Made by a program: the position numbers and the translations under genes. Shown piece by piece: positions 20,806-30,065 of a stretch of 46,180 nucleotides of DNA (positions within the stretch are counted from its first letter, which is position 1; each line of letters starts with the position of its first letter). The stretch covers positions 1-46,180 of the forward strand of contig JASFYO010000035.1 in assembly GCA_045047305.1 (NCBI GenBank). Direction: 5' to 3'. The notes below the pieces were generated by a model. That model worked only from the letters and a program-made list of their open reading frames with translations. It was not told where the DNA came from and did no database searches. The DNA comes from Planctomycetota bacterium (GTDB lineage: Bacteria; Planctomycetota; UBA1135).

Positions 20806-21425
20806 GAACTGCCGATTTTTTACCCGTCGAAGCCTTTCAGGCCCACCTCGAAAGGCGCCGCACACCACGGCGACTCGGGATTCTAAGCCTCGTTCTAGTC
20901 ATCTGTCTGGTTCTCGGCCTAGGCGTCAGCCTCGAGGCCCAACACCAACAGGCCGCTGCTGAACTAGCAGAAGCCCCCAACGCCATCGAGACCCAAGCTG
21001 GCCAAGAGCTGGAATCCTTGTACAAGGAAATGAACCAATACGTTGCACGCCTGGATCCATTATCGGACCACTTACGTATGCCGGCAGTAGGTTCGATCCT
21101 AGCCGAACTCGCGAGTGCGGTTGGTGAATATGTGCAGATTGAAAGGATTGAATGGGCACATGACATCCGCCGCAAAGGCATCAACAAGGTGGAATCTGCT
21201 GAAATTCACCTGGTGATTACCGCACTTGTGCGCGGCGACGACAACCTGATTCAACTTCCGGCGCGGCTTCGCGAGTACACCGGCTTCGATCGTGCTTGGA
21301 TCGGCGAGAACACCGAATTGATTACGGATATGAGCGACACAGTGCGCGCGACCATCCACCTCAGCTCTCCACTTCTTCTTCCCGGATTCGATAAACCAAC
21401 CATGCATAAGGAGAACACGAAATGA
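20802..21425 (+). CDS. pilN: PilN-like protein
   Basis: Start MRTADFLP (variant of the INLLP motif) via ATGA overlap; single TM followed by coiled coil. Confidence 0.7.
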   Translation: MRTADFLPVEAFQAHLERRRTPRRLGILSLVLVICLVLGLGVSLEAQHQQAAAELAEAPNAIETQAGQELESLYKEMNQYVARLDPLSDHLRMPAVGSILAELASAVGEYVQIERIEWAHDIRRKGINKVESAEIHLVITALVRGDDNLIQLPARLREYTGFDRAWIGENTELITDMSDTVRATIHLSSPLLLPGFDKPTMHKENTK

Positions 21426-21991
21426 GATTGTCTCCATACCGCCTGGCCTTCTTCGCCGGCTTCCTGCTCATCCCTGGAGCCATCTGGGGCATGCAAGTGA
21501 AACCGACCATGGAAGAACGAGTTAGCTTTGTACAACGCCAAGAGAACGCCAAAACGGTGCAGGCCAAGAACAAATTACTGCCGACGCAGCGTGATTCACT
21601 AAATGAAACCTGGAGTGAATTCCACCCCATTGCAGACAAGGCCTTGGCCAACCTTGCAAACGACCTCAACCCTCACCTCGTGCAAAAGCGTTTATACGAC
21701 ACTGCGGAAGAGTTGAATTGCACTTTGCGCATCCAACCTAAATCCTTCCTTGAAGGTGACAAAGCGGTTCGGTTTCTAATCTCTGGAGAAGGAAGCTATC
21801 CCGATCTGGTCAAACTTGTCGACCGCCTTGAACAGGGTCAACACTTTGTGCGCTTTGAAAAATTGCGTTTCACCATGCCATCCGAGGATTACTCCCGGAG
21901 CGGCTCCGGTGCTGTCCGCATTGTTGGAGTGGTCCAAATCCCGTTGATGCCCGAAGGCTTACTCAACCCAGAGGAGACCCAAAATGGGTAG
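21422..21991 (+). CDS. pilO: PilO-like protein
   Basis: ATGA overlap; N-terminal TM, coiled coil, GEGSYPDLVKLVDRLE motif. Confidence 0.72.
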   Translation: MRLSPYRLAFFAGFLLIPGAIWGMQVKPTMEERVSFVQRQENAKTVQAKNKLLPTQRDSLNETWSEFHPIADKALANLANDLNPHLVQKRLYDTAEELNCTLRIQPKSFLEGDKAVRFLISGEGSYPDLVKLVDRLEQGQHFVRFEKLRFTMPSEDYSRSGSGAVRIVGVVQIPLMPEGLLNPEETQNG

Positions 21992-22652
21992 TCAACTCAA
22001 CAAAGCGCAAGAGAAAGCACAAAAGAAGAAGGTGATCATCCTGGCGGTCATGGTGCTTGGTACCGGCGCAACCTGGTCGAAAACCCTGTTTGGTAAAGAT
22101 GACAAACCGGCTGCAGCCGCGGCACCAACTGCTGCTACGACCACAAGTGCCACTGGGACTCCTACGGCATCAGCTGCGGCTTCCCTCACTAGCTCCATCG
22201 GCAGCTATGAACAAGCTGTCCAGCGCATGGAACTTTGGCCCAAGGCTCTCAATCGCCAAGTGCACCTTGGAACCATCGAGGAATTGACTCCGATTAACGA
22301 TCTGCTTAGCAACAAGGCAGAAGAGATCGAGAAAGAAGAAAATACGGAAGAACTTCCTGGGTTCTTGGGAGCAGAAATCCTGCCCCCCCTCGAAGACGAG
22401 AGTGTCGATTTTGATGCTCTACGCCTGCGTTTGACCACGACTGCGCGTCTTGGCAAGAGCACCTATGCGGTCATCAGCAATGAGAGGGTCAAGCCTGGCC
22501 AGACAGTCGAGGTTCAGGTTGATGGCAAAACCGTCCGATATGAAGTTAGAGCCATCGGCACGCGGATGGTGGAGATTGCTTTTCGAGGCACCACCCACAT
22601 TTTGCGCATCGATCTCCCCGACCTTCAGCGTCGGGATCAAGACGGAGCCTGA
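21984..22652 (+). CDS. PilP/GspC-like bitopic pilus accessory protein
   Basis: Lies between pilO and the secretin; TM, Ala/Thr linker and C-terminal LRLTTT...YAVISNERVKPGQ beta domain. Confidence 0.55.
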   Translation: MGSQLNKAQEKAQKKKVIILAVMVLGTGATWSKTLFGKDDKPAAAAAPTAATTTSATGTPTASAAASLTSSIGSYEQAVQRMELWPKALNRQVHLGTIEELTPINDLLSNKAEEIEKEENTEELPGFLGAEILPPLEDESVDFDALRLRLTTTARLGKSTYAVISNERVKPGQTVEVQVDGKTVRYEVRAIGTRMVEIAFRGTTHILRIDLPDLQRRDQDGA

Positions 22653-22655
22653 TTC

Positions 22656-24365
22656 ATGTCAAATACACGATTCTTTGCGGCGACCTTCCTGGTTGCCGCC
22701 CTTTGCGGTAACACGTTTGCTCAAGAAGAGCAGACACCACAGGAAGAACCTGCCGCGCCCCAGGAAGTAGCCCTTCCATTTCAGCACTTGGATGCCGACG
22801 ACACGATTACCGTCAACTTCCAAGACGAGGATCTCGGCGAGATTCTGGAACTGTTCAGCACAAACTATGAGCTGAACTTGGTTTATGGATCCGATGTGCT
22901 CGGCACGGTGACCATGAACTTTTTCAATGCGCCAGTGCAAGAGGCATTACGCCAACTTCTCAGTGCAAATGGCTTCACATATGAAGTCGATGGGAACTTC
23001 ATTGTCATTAAGCCGAAGCCGGCAAACCTGCCGAACAATTCGGCTGCTTCCAAGTTCTTGCCTACGGTGATTCACTTGAATCATATTCGTGCAGAAGAAG
23101 CGATGGCGATGCTCGCTCCCCTTCTAGCTGGTCCAGAGAAAATGATTTCCGGAATGACCTCGCAAAAGGGACTTGAAACAGAGGAACTGGGAGGCAAAGA
23201 AGAAGCATCGTTGGAGACGTTGGTGCTTTATGCCAGTGACCTGACAGTGCAAAAGGTCTACGACTTGCTCGAAATCCTAGACGTACCACCCATCCAAGTG
23301 CTGGTAGAAGCCACCATTCTCTCCGTTTCCTTGAGCGACGAATCCCAGCTAGGTGTCGACTTTAAAGCCTTCGGCGGCGTGGATTTCCAAGCCCTCTCAG
23401 GGTCCTCCAATCTTACCGATGGCATCACCAATGACCCCATCTCCGGAAGCCCACTGCAAGGTTGGCTCGGTGGTATTTCACAACGTGGATTCACCAACCC
23501 AGCTGGTAATGGCCTTCACTTCGGGATCTTGCGCAATCAAATCGGAATGTTCGTCAGTGCCTTAGAGACTGTCAGTAACACTACCGTTCTTTCTAACCCA
23601 CAAATTCTAACTGTGAACCGCCATGCAGCGGAGCTCCTAGTTGGACGTAAGCTGCCCTATATCACGACTACAGTAACCCAAACCGGAACGCTACAAACTG
23701 TGGCCTTCCTCGAAGTTGGTACGTCCTTAGTGTTCCGCCCCTTCGTGACCGAAGATGGCTACATCCGTATGGAAATATTTCCAAAGAAATCTGACGGATT
23801 TATCAACTCATTGGGTTTACCTGAAGAAACCACCACCGAACTTCGCACCAATATTATTGTGAAGGAAGGCAACACAGTAGTCATCGGTGGTCTGATTGAA
23901 ACCGGAACCAACACCGAAATCGAACAGGTGCCACTGTTGGGATCGCTCCCATATATCGGTCAACTGTTCCGCTCGGAAAAAGAAGTCGAGAGCAAGAACG
24001 AGATCATTATTTTGCTCACACCGCATATCGTTAACGACCTCGGACTCGCCAAACGCAGTGAAGCAGCACGCATCCGCATCGATGGTGCTCGCGCCAATCT
24101 TGCTGCTTCCCATAATGGTTACTTGCGGCCAAGTTACGCCCGCCGACTCTATGGCGAAGCTGCTGTTGCTCTTGCTGCAGGCGATCCCGTTACCGCCATG
24201 GCAAAGGCTGAATGGGGCCTATCCGCGATGCCTGCTGACCCAGACCTCGCCGCTCTCGTAGACCACTGCCGTAAGGAAATTCATGCGCAGCTAGATGAAA
24301 GCCACGAACTAAAGGATGCCATCAATTTCCTCGATGACCTCCGCGAAGAAGAGGAAAGCAAATGA
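22656..24365 (+). CDS. Secretin (PilQ/GspD family) with C-terminal helical extension
   Basis: Signal peptide; N-domain ITVNFQDEDL; LDVPPIQVLVEATI, LSNPQILT, VVIGGLI, VPLLGSLPYIGQLFR, EIIILLTPHIV. Confidence 0.93.
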   Translation: MSNTRFFAATFLVAALCGNTFAQEEQTPQEEPAAPQEVALPFQHLDADDTITVNFQDEDLGEILELFSTNYELNLVYGSDVLGTVTMNFFNAPVQEALRQLLSANGFTYEVDGNFIVIKPKPANLPNNSAASKFLPTVIHLNHIRAEEAMAMLAPLLAGPEKMISGMTSQKGLETEELGGKEEASLETLVLYASDLTVQKVYDLLEILDVPPIQVLVEATILSVSLSDESQLGVDFKAFGGVDFQALSGSSNLTDGITNDPISGSPLQGWLGGISQRGFTNPAGNGLHFGILRNQIGMFVSALETVSNTTVLSNPQILTVNRHAAELLVGRKLPYITTTVTQTGTLQTVAFLEVGTSLVFRPFVTEDGYIRMEIFPKKSDGFINSLGLPEETTTELRTNIIVKEGNTVVIGGLIETGTNTEIEQVPLLGSLPYIGQLFRSEKEVESKNEIIILLTPHIVNDLGLAKRSEAARIRIDGARANLAASHNGYLRPSYARRLYGEAAVALAAGDPVTAMAKAEWGLSAMPADPDLAALVDHCRKEIHAQLDESHELKDAINFLDDLREEEESK

Positions 24366-25468
24366 AAAAACACCTGCTATCAGGATGTCTATTGATGTTG
24401 GCGACAGCATGCTCCAGCACTCCCGACTCACAAGCTGCAATTGCAGTGAATCGAATTCAAGTTGATTCGGGAAGTGTGACCCAAGCCATGCCAGACAACG
24501 CTGACCCCTCAGAGTGGAGTAAAGCACGCGGAAGCATCCTGCGTACCTTCGCTTTCCGCGCCTTGGAAAAAGGGCTTGTAGAGCAAGCGCGCGAATACCT
24601 CACCGAAGCTTGCGAAGTCGATGCGACTGATACAGCTAGCCACGCAGCCTTGGCTCGTTTGTATCTTGCAGAAGGCAATTCCAGCCTAGCCCTAACCTAT
24701 GCTGAGCGCGCTTCTTTGGTATCGCCCGATAATCCAGAGATCAACATGGTTTACGCCGCTGCCTTGGCCGAGAACAATCGCATGGAGGAAGCCACGGCAA
24801 CGCTTGAGAAAACCTGGGACGCGCTAGAGCATGACCCCAAGTTTGCTCGTGCCATTCTCACTCATTACTCCGCCATGGGCCGAACCGATGAAGCCAAAGA
24901 CTTTGTCCACCGCATGCTAACCGAAGACCCGACGCATGCAAGTTCGTGGTCGATTTCTGGGGATTACATGCTTGCTGTTGGTGATTTGGAAGGTGCAACG
25001 GAAGCCTACCGTAAAGCAATCGAGATTGACCCGAACACCCCCACTCCGGAATCTATCCAGTTCAAATTGGGCGCGAATAACGCCAACGCAGATCCGATGT
25101 TCACCGCAGCTTTAGCAGCTGAGGAAAAGGGGCAATACGAAGCTGCAGCTAATCTCTACCGCTTTTTGGTTGAATCAAAGCCTCTCAATAATGAAGTACG
25201 GCTTGGTTTGAGCCGGGTCCTGTGGGAACAAGGCCGCTACCAGCTCTGCGATATGCAAATGAATGGTATCGCCAGCGGCGTACGCGGTTGGCGCGGACAC
25301 CTCCTTCAAGCCAAGCTAGACATCCGCTTCAAGCGCTTCGGCAAAGCAAGAACCTCACTCATGCTTGCCTTGCGTAATCGCCCAGACCTTAGGTCTGCAG
25401 AACTCTTGTTGGCCTACGTGGACCAGCAAATCAAAGAAGAACGCAACGACGATTCGGAAGACACTTAG
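24362..25468 (+). CDS. TPR-repeat lipoprotein (pilotin/PilF-like)
   Basis: Lipobox LATA|C; TPR repeats such as GDLEGATEAYRKAIEIDP; ATGA-coupled to the secretin. Confidence 0.75.
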   Translation: MKKHLLSGCLLMLATACSSTPDSQAAIAVNRIQVDSGSVTQAMPDNADPSEWSKARGSILRTFAFRALEKGLVEQAREYLTEACEVDATDTASHAALARLYLAEGNSSLALTYAERASLVSPDNPEINMVYAAALAENNRMEEATATLEKTWDALEHDPKFARAILTHYSAMGRTDEAKDFVHRMLTEDPTHASSWSISGDYMLAVGDLEGATEAYRKAIEIDPNTPTPESIQFKLGANNANADPMFTAALAAEEKGQYEAAANLYRFLVESKPLNNEVRLGLSRVLWEQGRYQLCDMQMNGIASGVRGWRGHLLQAKLDIRFKRFGKARTSLMLALRNRPDLRSAELLLAYVDQQIKEERNDDSEDT

Positions 25469-25505
25469 GCCCTAGCCTAAGTTTCATTCCGACCGCAAAC
25501 CATCA

Positions 25506-27449
25506 GTGGCTCAGATCGAACCTACAACAAACCTCGCATTACCCGCGGTCCTTAACCGGTCGCGGGCGGAAGACTTGACCGATCTTTGGGATACGGTTCA
25601 AGACGAGGGAATCACCGAGATTGACGGCGGCGCCGTGATTACGGTGGATTCGTCTGGGCTTGCATTGCTGCTTGACGGCTTACGTCGTGCAAAGTTCGGC
25701 GATCACCCCGTCACAATTTTGAATCCGACGCCTCCACTCATGGCGGCACGTCGCGCATTCAATCTCTATGACTTGATGCTGTTCCCCGAAAACGTCGAGG
25801 ATGTCATCCTTGAAGCCGAGCTCGGCATGCGTCTCGGAGAAGTACTCATTGAGTTTGGATACTTGACTCAAGAGGCTCTTGATAGTGCAGTCAAACTGGC
25901 TGATGAACGACCTGACACTTATCTAGGGCAGGTGTTGGTAGAAGAGAATCACATCACCGAGGAGCAGTTAGCGCGTTCCTTAGCGATGCAACATGGCCTG
26001 CCCTACGTCGACCCATTGGCCGAAGGCGTATTGGATGTTTCACTCGAGTGTGAGGTCCCATTTGCGGAACTCCGTGTCCATGGGATTCTGCCATATCTAC
26101 GTTTAGGCGATACCCTAGCGGTTTCGCTCAAGGATCCGGCAGATGTCTATGCAGCAGACGTGGTACGGAAATACACCGGCATGTCGGTGATTACTACAGT
26201 CGCCACCCCCGCTGCCATCCACTCCGGATTGGACCAGATTCAGCGCGCCGTTGCTGCCAGTGGAACTGGAGAAACCACCATCGACGAGGAGTCGGTAAGT
26301 GCCGAGGAGCGTTTCAATGAGATTGTCATCAATGCCATCATTGAAGGTGCTTCCGACATTCACATTGAGCCCAACCCAGACTATTACATGTTGCGTTACC
26401 GGGTTGACGGCCGCCTCCATGAAGTCACCCGACTCAACCCGCAAATCGGGCATTCCTTAGTCGCCCGCATTAAGGTAGTCGCTGGCTGTGACATCTCAGA
26501 AAAGCGCTTGCCTCAAGATGGGCGGATTCACTATCAAGACCGCACCCGCGACGTCGACCTTCGTGTCAATACACTTCCAACCGTGAATGGCGAGAAGGCG
26601 GTGATGCGAATTCTTGATCGCACATCAACCGCGCTTGCCCTAAATAAACTTGGGCTCACCGGCACCAGCAGTGCGTGGCTGGATGAGGCCGTCCACCTAC
26701 CTCACGGCATGGTTTTGGTCACTGGCCCAACCGGTTCAGGAAAAACTACCACGCTTTACAGCGTCTTAGATGAAATTGTAAATCCAGAAACTAATGTTTC
26801 TACAGTTGAGAACCCTGTGGAGCGTGCCGTTAAGGGAGTTAATCAGACGCAAATCAACGAGAAGGCGGGTTTGAAATTCGATGTTTGCCTTCGCGCCCTC
26901 CTGCGTCAAGACCCTGACGTCATCATGATTGGTGAAATTCGAGACCACGAGACCGCAGAAATCGCGATTGAGGCAGCCTTAACCGGCCACCTGGTTCTTG
27001 CTACTTTACACACCAATGATGCTCCAGGCGCCGCCTCCCGCCTGATTCAAATGGGAATGGAGCCTTTCCTTGTCGCTGCAACCTTGCGCTGTGTGGTTGC
27101 ACAACGACTGGTACGACGCCTATGCGATTCGTGCAAAAAGCCAGTCGAATATCCAGCCGAAGTGATTCAGCAATATCAAGAATTTGGCCTCAATGGAGAT
27201 CAACACTTTTCCGCTGCTGGTTGCCCATCTTGTCGCCAGACCGGATACGACGGACGCCGCGGCATCTTTGAGGTAATGAAAGTCACTGACGACCTTCAGG
27301 ACCTCATCGCAACCAACCCATCGTCCGCAGAGATTCGACGCCTTGCACTCAAGGAAGGCATGTCGAGTTTACTGGTGGACGGCATTGACCGCACCAACCG
27401 TGGTGTCACCACTTTGGAAGAAGCCATCCGCGCCGGAGGTAAATCATGA
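25506..27449 (+). CDS. pilB: PilB/GspE assembly ATPase with N-terminal STAS and MshEN domains
   Basis: STAS-like VITVDSSGLALLL; MshEN-like RLGEVLIEFGYL...YLGQVLVEENHI...LAMQ; ASDIHIEP, RLPQDGR, Walker A GPTGSGKTT, LRQDPDVIMIGEIRD, TLHTN, and Zn motif CDSC...CPSC. Confidence 0.95.
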   Translation: MAQIEPTTNLALPAVLNRSRAEDLTDLWDTVQDEGITEIDGGAVITVDSSGLALLLDGLRRAKFGDHPVTILNPTPPLMAARRAFNLYDLMLFPENVEDVILEAELGMRLGEVLIEFGYLTQEALDSAVKLADERPDTYLGQVLVEENHITEEQLARSLAMQHGLPYVDPLAEGVLDVSLECEVPFAELRVHGILPYLRLGDTLAVSLKDPADVYAADVVRKYTGMSVITTVATPAAIHSGLDQIQRAVAASGTGETTIDEESVSAEERFNEIVINAIIEGASDIHIEPNPDYYMLRYRVDGRLHEVTRLNPQIGHSLVARIKVVAGCDISEKRLPQDGRIHYQDRTRDVDLRVNTLPTVNGEKAVMRILDRTSTALALNKLGLTGTSSAWLDEAVHLPHGMVLVTGPTGSGKTTTLYSVLDEIVNPETNVSTVENPVERAVKGVNQTQINEKAGLKFDVCLRALLRQDPDVIMIGEIRDHETAEIAIEAALTGHLVLATLHTNDAPGAASRLIQMGMEPFLVAATLRCVVAQRLVRRLCDSCKKPVEYPAEVIQQYQEFGLNGDQHFSAAGCPSCRQTGYDGRRGIFEVMKVTDDLQDLIATNPSSAEIRRLALKEGMSSLLVDGIDRTNRGVTTLEEAIRAGGKS

Positions 27450-28612
27450 GCCTAGCTACTGCATTTAAGAAGAAAAAATCGACCGAACCCGACATCCAGG
27501 CCTATGGTGGCAGCATTTCTGCACATGACTCAAAAGATGCCGTAGAAATCAATAACGACGCCTTGATTGATCTTCGCATCAAGCTAAAGCCCAAAGAGTC
27601 TCTGCAGGTTTTAATCCAAATGAATGCCATGCTTGAGGCGGGGGTGCCATTGCTTGCTGCTTTGCGTACCTTGATTGAACACGCACAAACTCCCCCATCG
27701 GAGCGCGTGCTGATAAAAATCACCTCCATTGTGGAGGGTGGTCACGACCTCTCTTTCGCCTTTAAGTGTCTCCCCAACTGTTTCCCAAACTACGTCGTAC
27801 ACTTGATTGCTGCGGGTGAACAATCCGGTGCATTAGACGAATCACTTGGGCGCTCCATTGAGCTCCTAGACAACCAAATCACTCTCGGAGCCAAAATTCG
27901 CGGTACCCTGATGTACCCAGGATTCTTGATGTTTATGACTACCGTCATGACTACCGGAATCCTCTACTTCCTGGTTCCAAAGTTTGAAGGCTTGATGATG
28001 AAGAAGCCGGAACTCTTGCCATGGACGACTAAAATCGTGCTGGCCGCTAGCCAATTCCTACGGGCACAACCAGAGTTAGTACTCGCCGGATTCGCCCTCT
28101 TCTTTGCTGCAGCCATATTTGTTGTGAAATCAAAGAAAGCGAGAAGTGCCATGTTCGACGTCATCAGTCACGTACCTGTGATTGGCGACCTAATTTTCAA
28201 GGCCTACCTTTCACGCTCGGTTGGAACTTTGGCACTGACTTTAGAATCAGGCGTGCCGATTCTAACTGGCTTAGAACACGCCCGCCAAGTTGCGCAGCTC
28301 CCACGCCTGCAGGCGCATTGGGAGAAAACCGGAGCCATGGTGCGTGATGGAAAGCCTATGTACACCGCTCTTCAGGGAGAGGACCTTCCACCAGCTTTGA
28401 TCCAAATGATTATTGCCGGCGAATCTTCAGGAACCCTCGACACTAGCTTACGTAAAGCCGCGGTCTTCCTGGACCGTGAAACCGAAGCGGCACTCAACGC
28501 ATTCACCAGTTTACTCGGCCCGGCAACGGTTGTGATTGCCGGTGGCGTAGTCGGATTTATCGTGATTTCGCTGATGACCCCGATCCTCACCATGGCCAAG
28601 TACGTAGGTTAA
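27446..28612 (+). CDS. pilC: PilC/GspF inner-membrane platform protein
   Basis: MLEAGVPLL, AGEQSGAL, LMYP, LESGVPIL and AGESSGTL; two T2SSF domains with TM helices. Confidence 0.93.
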   Translation: MSLATAFKKKKSTEPDIQAYGGSISAHDSKDAVEINNDALIDLRIKLKPKESLQVLIQMNAMLEAGVPLLAALRTLIEHAQTPPSERVLIKITSIVEGGHDLSFAFKCLPNCFPNYVVHLIAAGEQSGALDESLGRSIELLDNQITLGAKIRGTLMYPGFLMFMTTVMTTGILYFLVPKFEGLMMKKPELLPWTTKIVLAASQFLRAQPELVLAGFALFFAAAIFVVKSKKARSAMFDVISHVPVIGDLIFKAYLSRSVGTLALTLESGVPILTGLEHARQVAQLPRLQAHWEKTGAMVRDGKPMYTALQGEDLPPALIQMIIAGESSGTLDTSLRKAAVFLDRETEAALNAFTSLLGPATVVIAGGVVGFIVISLMTPILTMAKYVG

Positions 28613-29037
28613 TGATGAAAACGAAAAAGAAAAATGGATTCACGCTGATCGAAGTTTCGATTGCTGTAGTGCTGATTGTACTGGTTGGCACCTCAGCGAT
28701 TGCATCCCTGCGCGTTGGCATGCGCACGATGAATGGAACGCAATCAGCATCGGAGGCAGCATCGGCAATTCGAGAATTCCGCGAATTTACTTTCCACGAC
28801 ACCATCGACGCCATGGATTTACGCAATGCAACGGTGGTGACTCCCGTCCTCGGCGATGGCACTCCGATGCCAGGCGTCGATGACATGACGCTTGCGATTA
28901 CGGTGCAAGCAGTCGATGACATCGACCCTACTGTGACGGTAGATATTGCGGATTCAAGAACCAGAATTGTCACTGTCGTAGCTACCAGCAATGAAAAAGA
29001 GTTAATGGAGGCACTATGGCTGATCGCAGAGCATTAA
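28612..29037 (+). CDS. Minor pilin (PilV/GspI-like)
   Basis: KKNG|FTLIEVSIAVVLI prepilin motif. Confidence 0.82.
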   Translation: MMKTKKKNGFTLIEVSIAVVLIVLVGTSAIASLRVGMRTMNGTQSASEAASAIREFREFTFHDTIDAMDLRNATVVTPVLGDGTPMPGVDDMTLAITVQAVDDIDPTVTVDIADSRTRIVTVVATSNEKELMEALWLIAEH

Positions 29038-29498
29038 ACCGCGGCATTTCACTTGCGGAAGTTGTGATGGTGGCAGCCATTGGCCTCACTCTTTTCGCTA
29101 TGGCGGTGCCCGCCGCCCAGAACGATGACGTCGCTGGAACGGTAGCAAGAAATATTGTTTCCGATGCGGTGCGTGCTCGTTCCCATGCGCGGCGTAGCTG
29201 GGAAACCGTCACCATGCAGATTGATATCACCAACGAACGTTGGCGCACCTTGAAGCAGGATGGAACCTTCCTTGCCAGTACCGGAATCGATGCTAACGGA
29301 TGGCACAACGCCCCTCCCGGTGTTGATTTTCGTCAGGTCGAAGGCATGCCTACCGACCTCACCTTCCTCCCTAACGGTCGAGCCTCGGAAAGCACCGCCG
29401 TACGCATCCACATCGGAACCAAGCAGTGGGAGATTCGTGTCGACGCCTTGAGCGCGCGCGTGGTTGCAGAGCCTGTTTCAGAAAGTCAAACGCCCTAG
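29016..29498 (+). CDS. Minor pilin (FimT/GspH-like)
   Basis: NRG|ISLAEVVMV prepilin motif; C-terminal LTFLPNGRA typical of FimT/GspH. Confidence 0.82.
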   Translation: MADRRALNRGISLAEVVMVAAIGLTLFAMAVPAAQNDDVAGTVARNIVSDAVRARSHARRSWETVTMQIDITNERWRTLKQDGTFLASTGIDANGWHNAPPGVDFRQVEGMPTDLTFLPNGRASESTAVRIHIGTKQWEIRVDALSARVVAEPVSESQTP

Positions 29499-29507
29499 GT
29501 CATCACC

Positions 29508-30065
29508 ATGAAATTCAAGCACAAAGGCATACTCAAACGCAACTCCGGATTCACCCTCCTGGAGATTATGATTGCAACGACCATCGCCATGGTCCTCCTA
29601 TTTGGCGCACTTTACAGCACCAGTGAGACTCTCTCCGTAGTGCGCGAAGGCGACACCATGATTCATACCAATGTGCATGCCCGCCGTGCCTTGGACCGGA
29701 TTCTAAAGGACTTCCGCTACTCCTCGGCTCTTACCGTAAACGGTGATGCCGTGAATGGCTGGAGTCTTGTCACCACCACCACCGGAACCTTAGATCCAGG
29801 CGAATTGACCTACACCTGGGACCCTACTTCAAAGGCCTTAGTCGTGTCCAACGGCGCCGACGCACAAACCGTTTTGGATGACCTCCGCGTGTTTAACGTG
29901 GTGACGGAGACCGCTGATATTAATGGTACGAACTCGATTACTCGCATCAAATTGGAATGGATTTTGGGCTTGGATTCCGGATCCGAAACCGGAGCAGGCA
30001 CTTTGGACGCAGCCCGTACCTTTGAATTAGCTGGAGCAACCTGGATCCGGAGAAATGATGTGTGA
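29508..30065 (+). CDS. Minor pilin (PilW/GspJ-like)
   Basis: NSG|FTLLEIMIA prepilin motif; ARRALDRILKDFR helix. Confidence 0.82.
   Translation: MKFKHKGILKRNSGFTLLEIMIATTIAMVLLFGALYSTSETLSVVREGDTMIHTNVHARRALDRILKDFRYSSALTVNGDAVNGWSLVTTTTGTLDPGELTYTWDPTSKALVVSNGADAQTVLDDLRVFNVVTETADINGTNSITRIKLEWILGLDSGSETGAGTLDAARTFELAGATWIRRNDV

Noticed and set aside
25463..25482. Hairpin ACTTAGGC-ccta-GCCTAAGT before pilB as a terminator
   Set aside because: Short stem overlapping a stop codon, with no real U-tract, inside an apparent operon.
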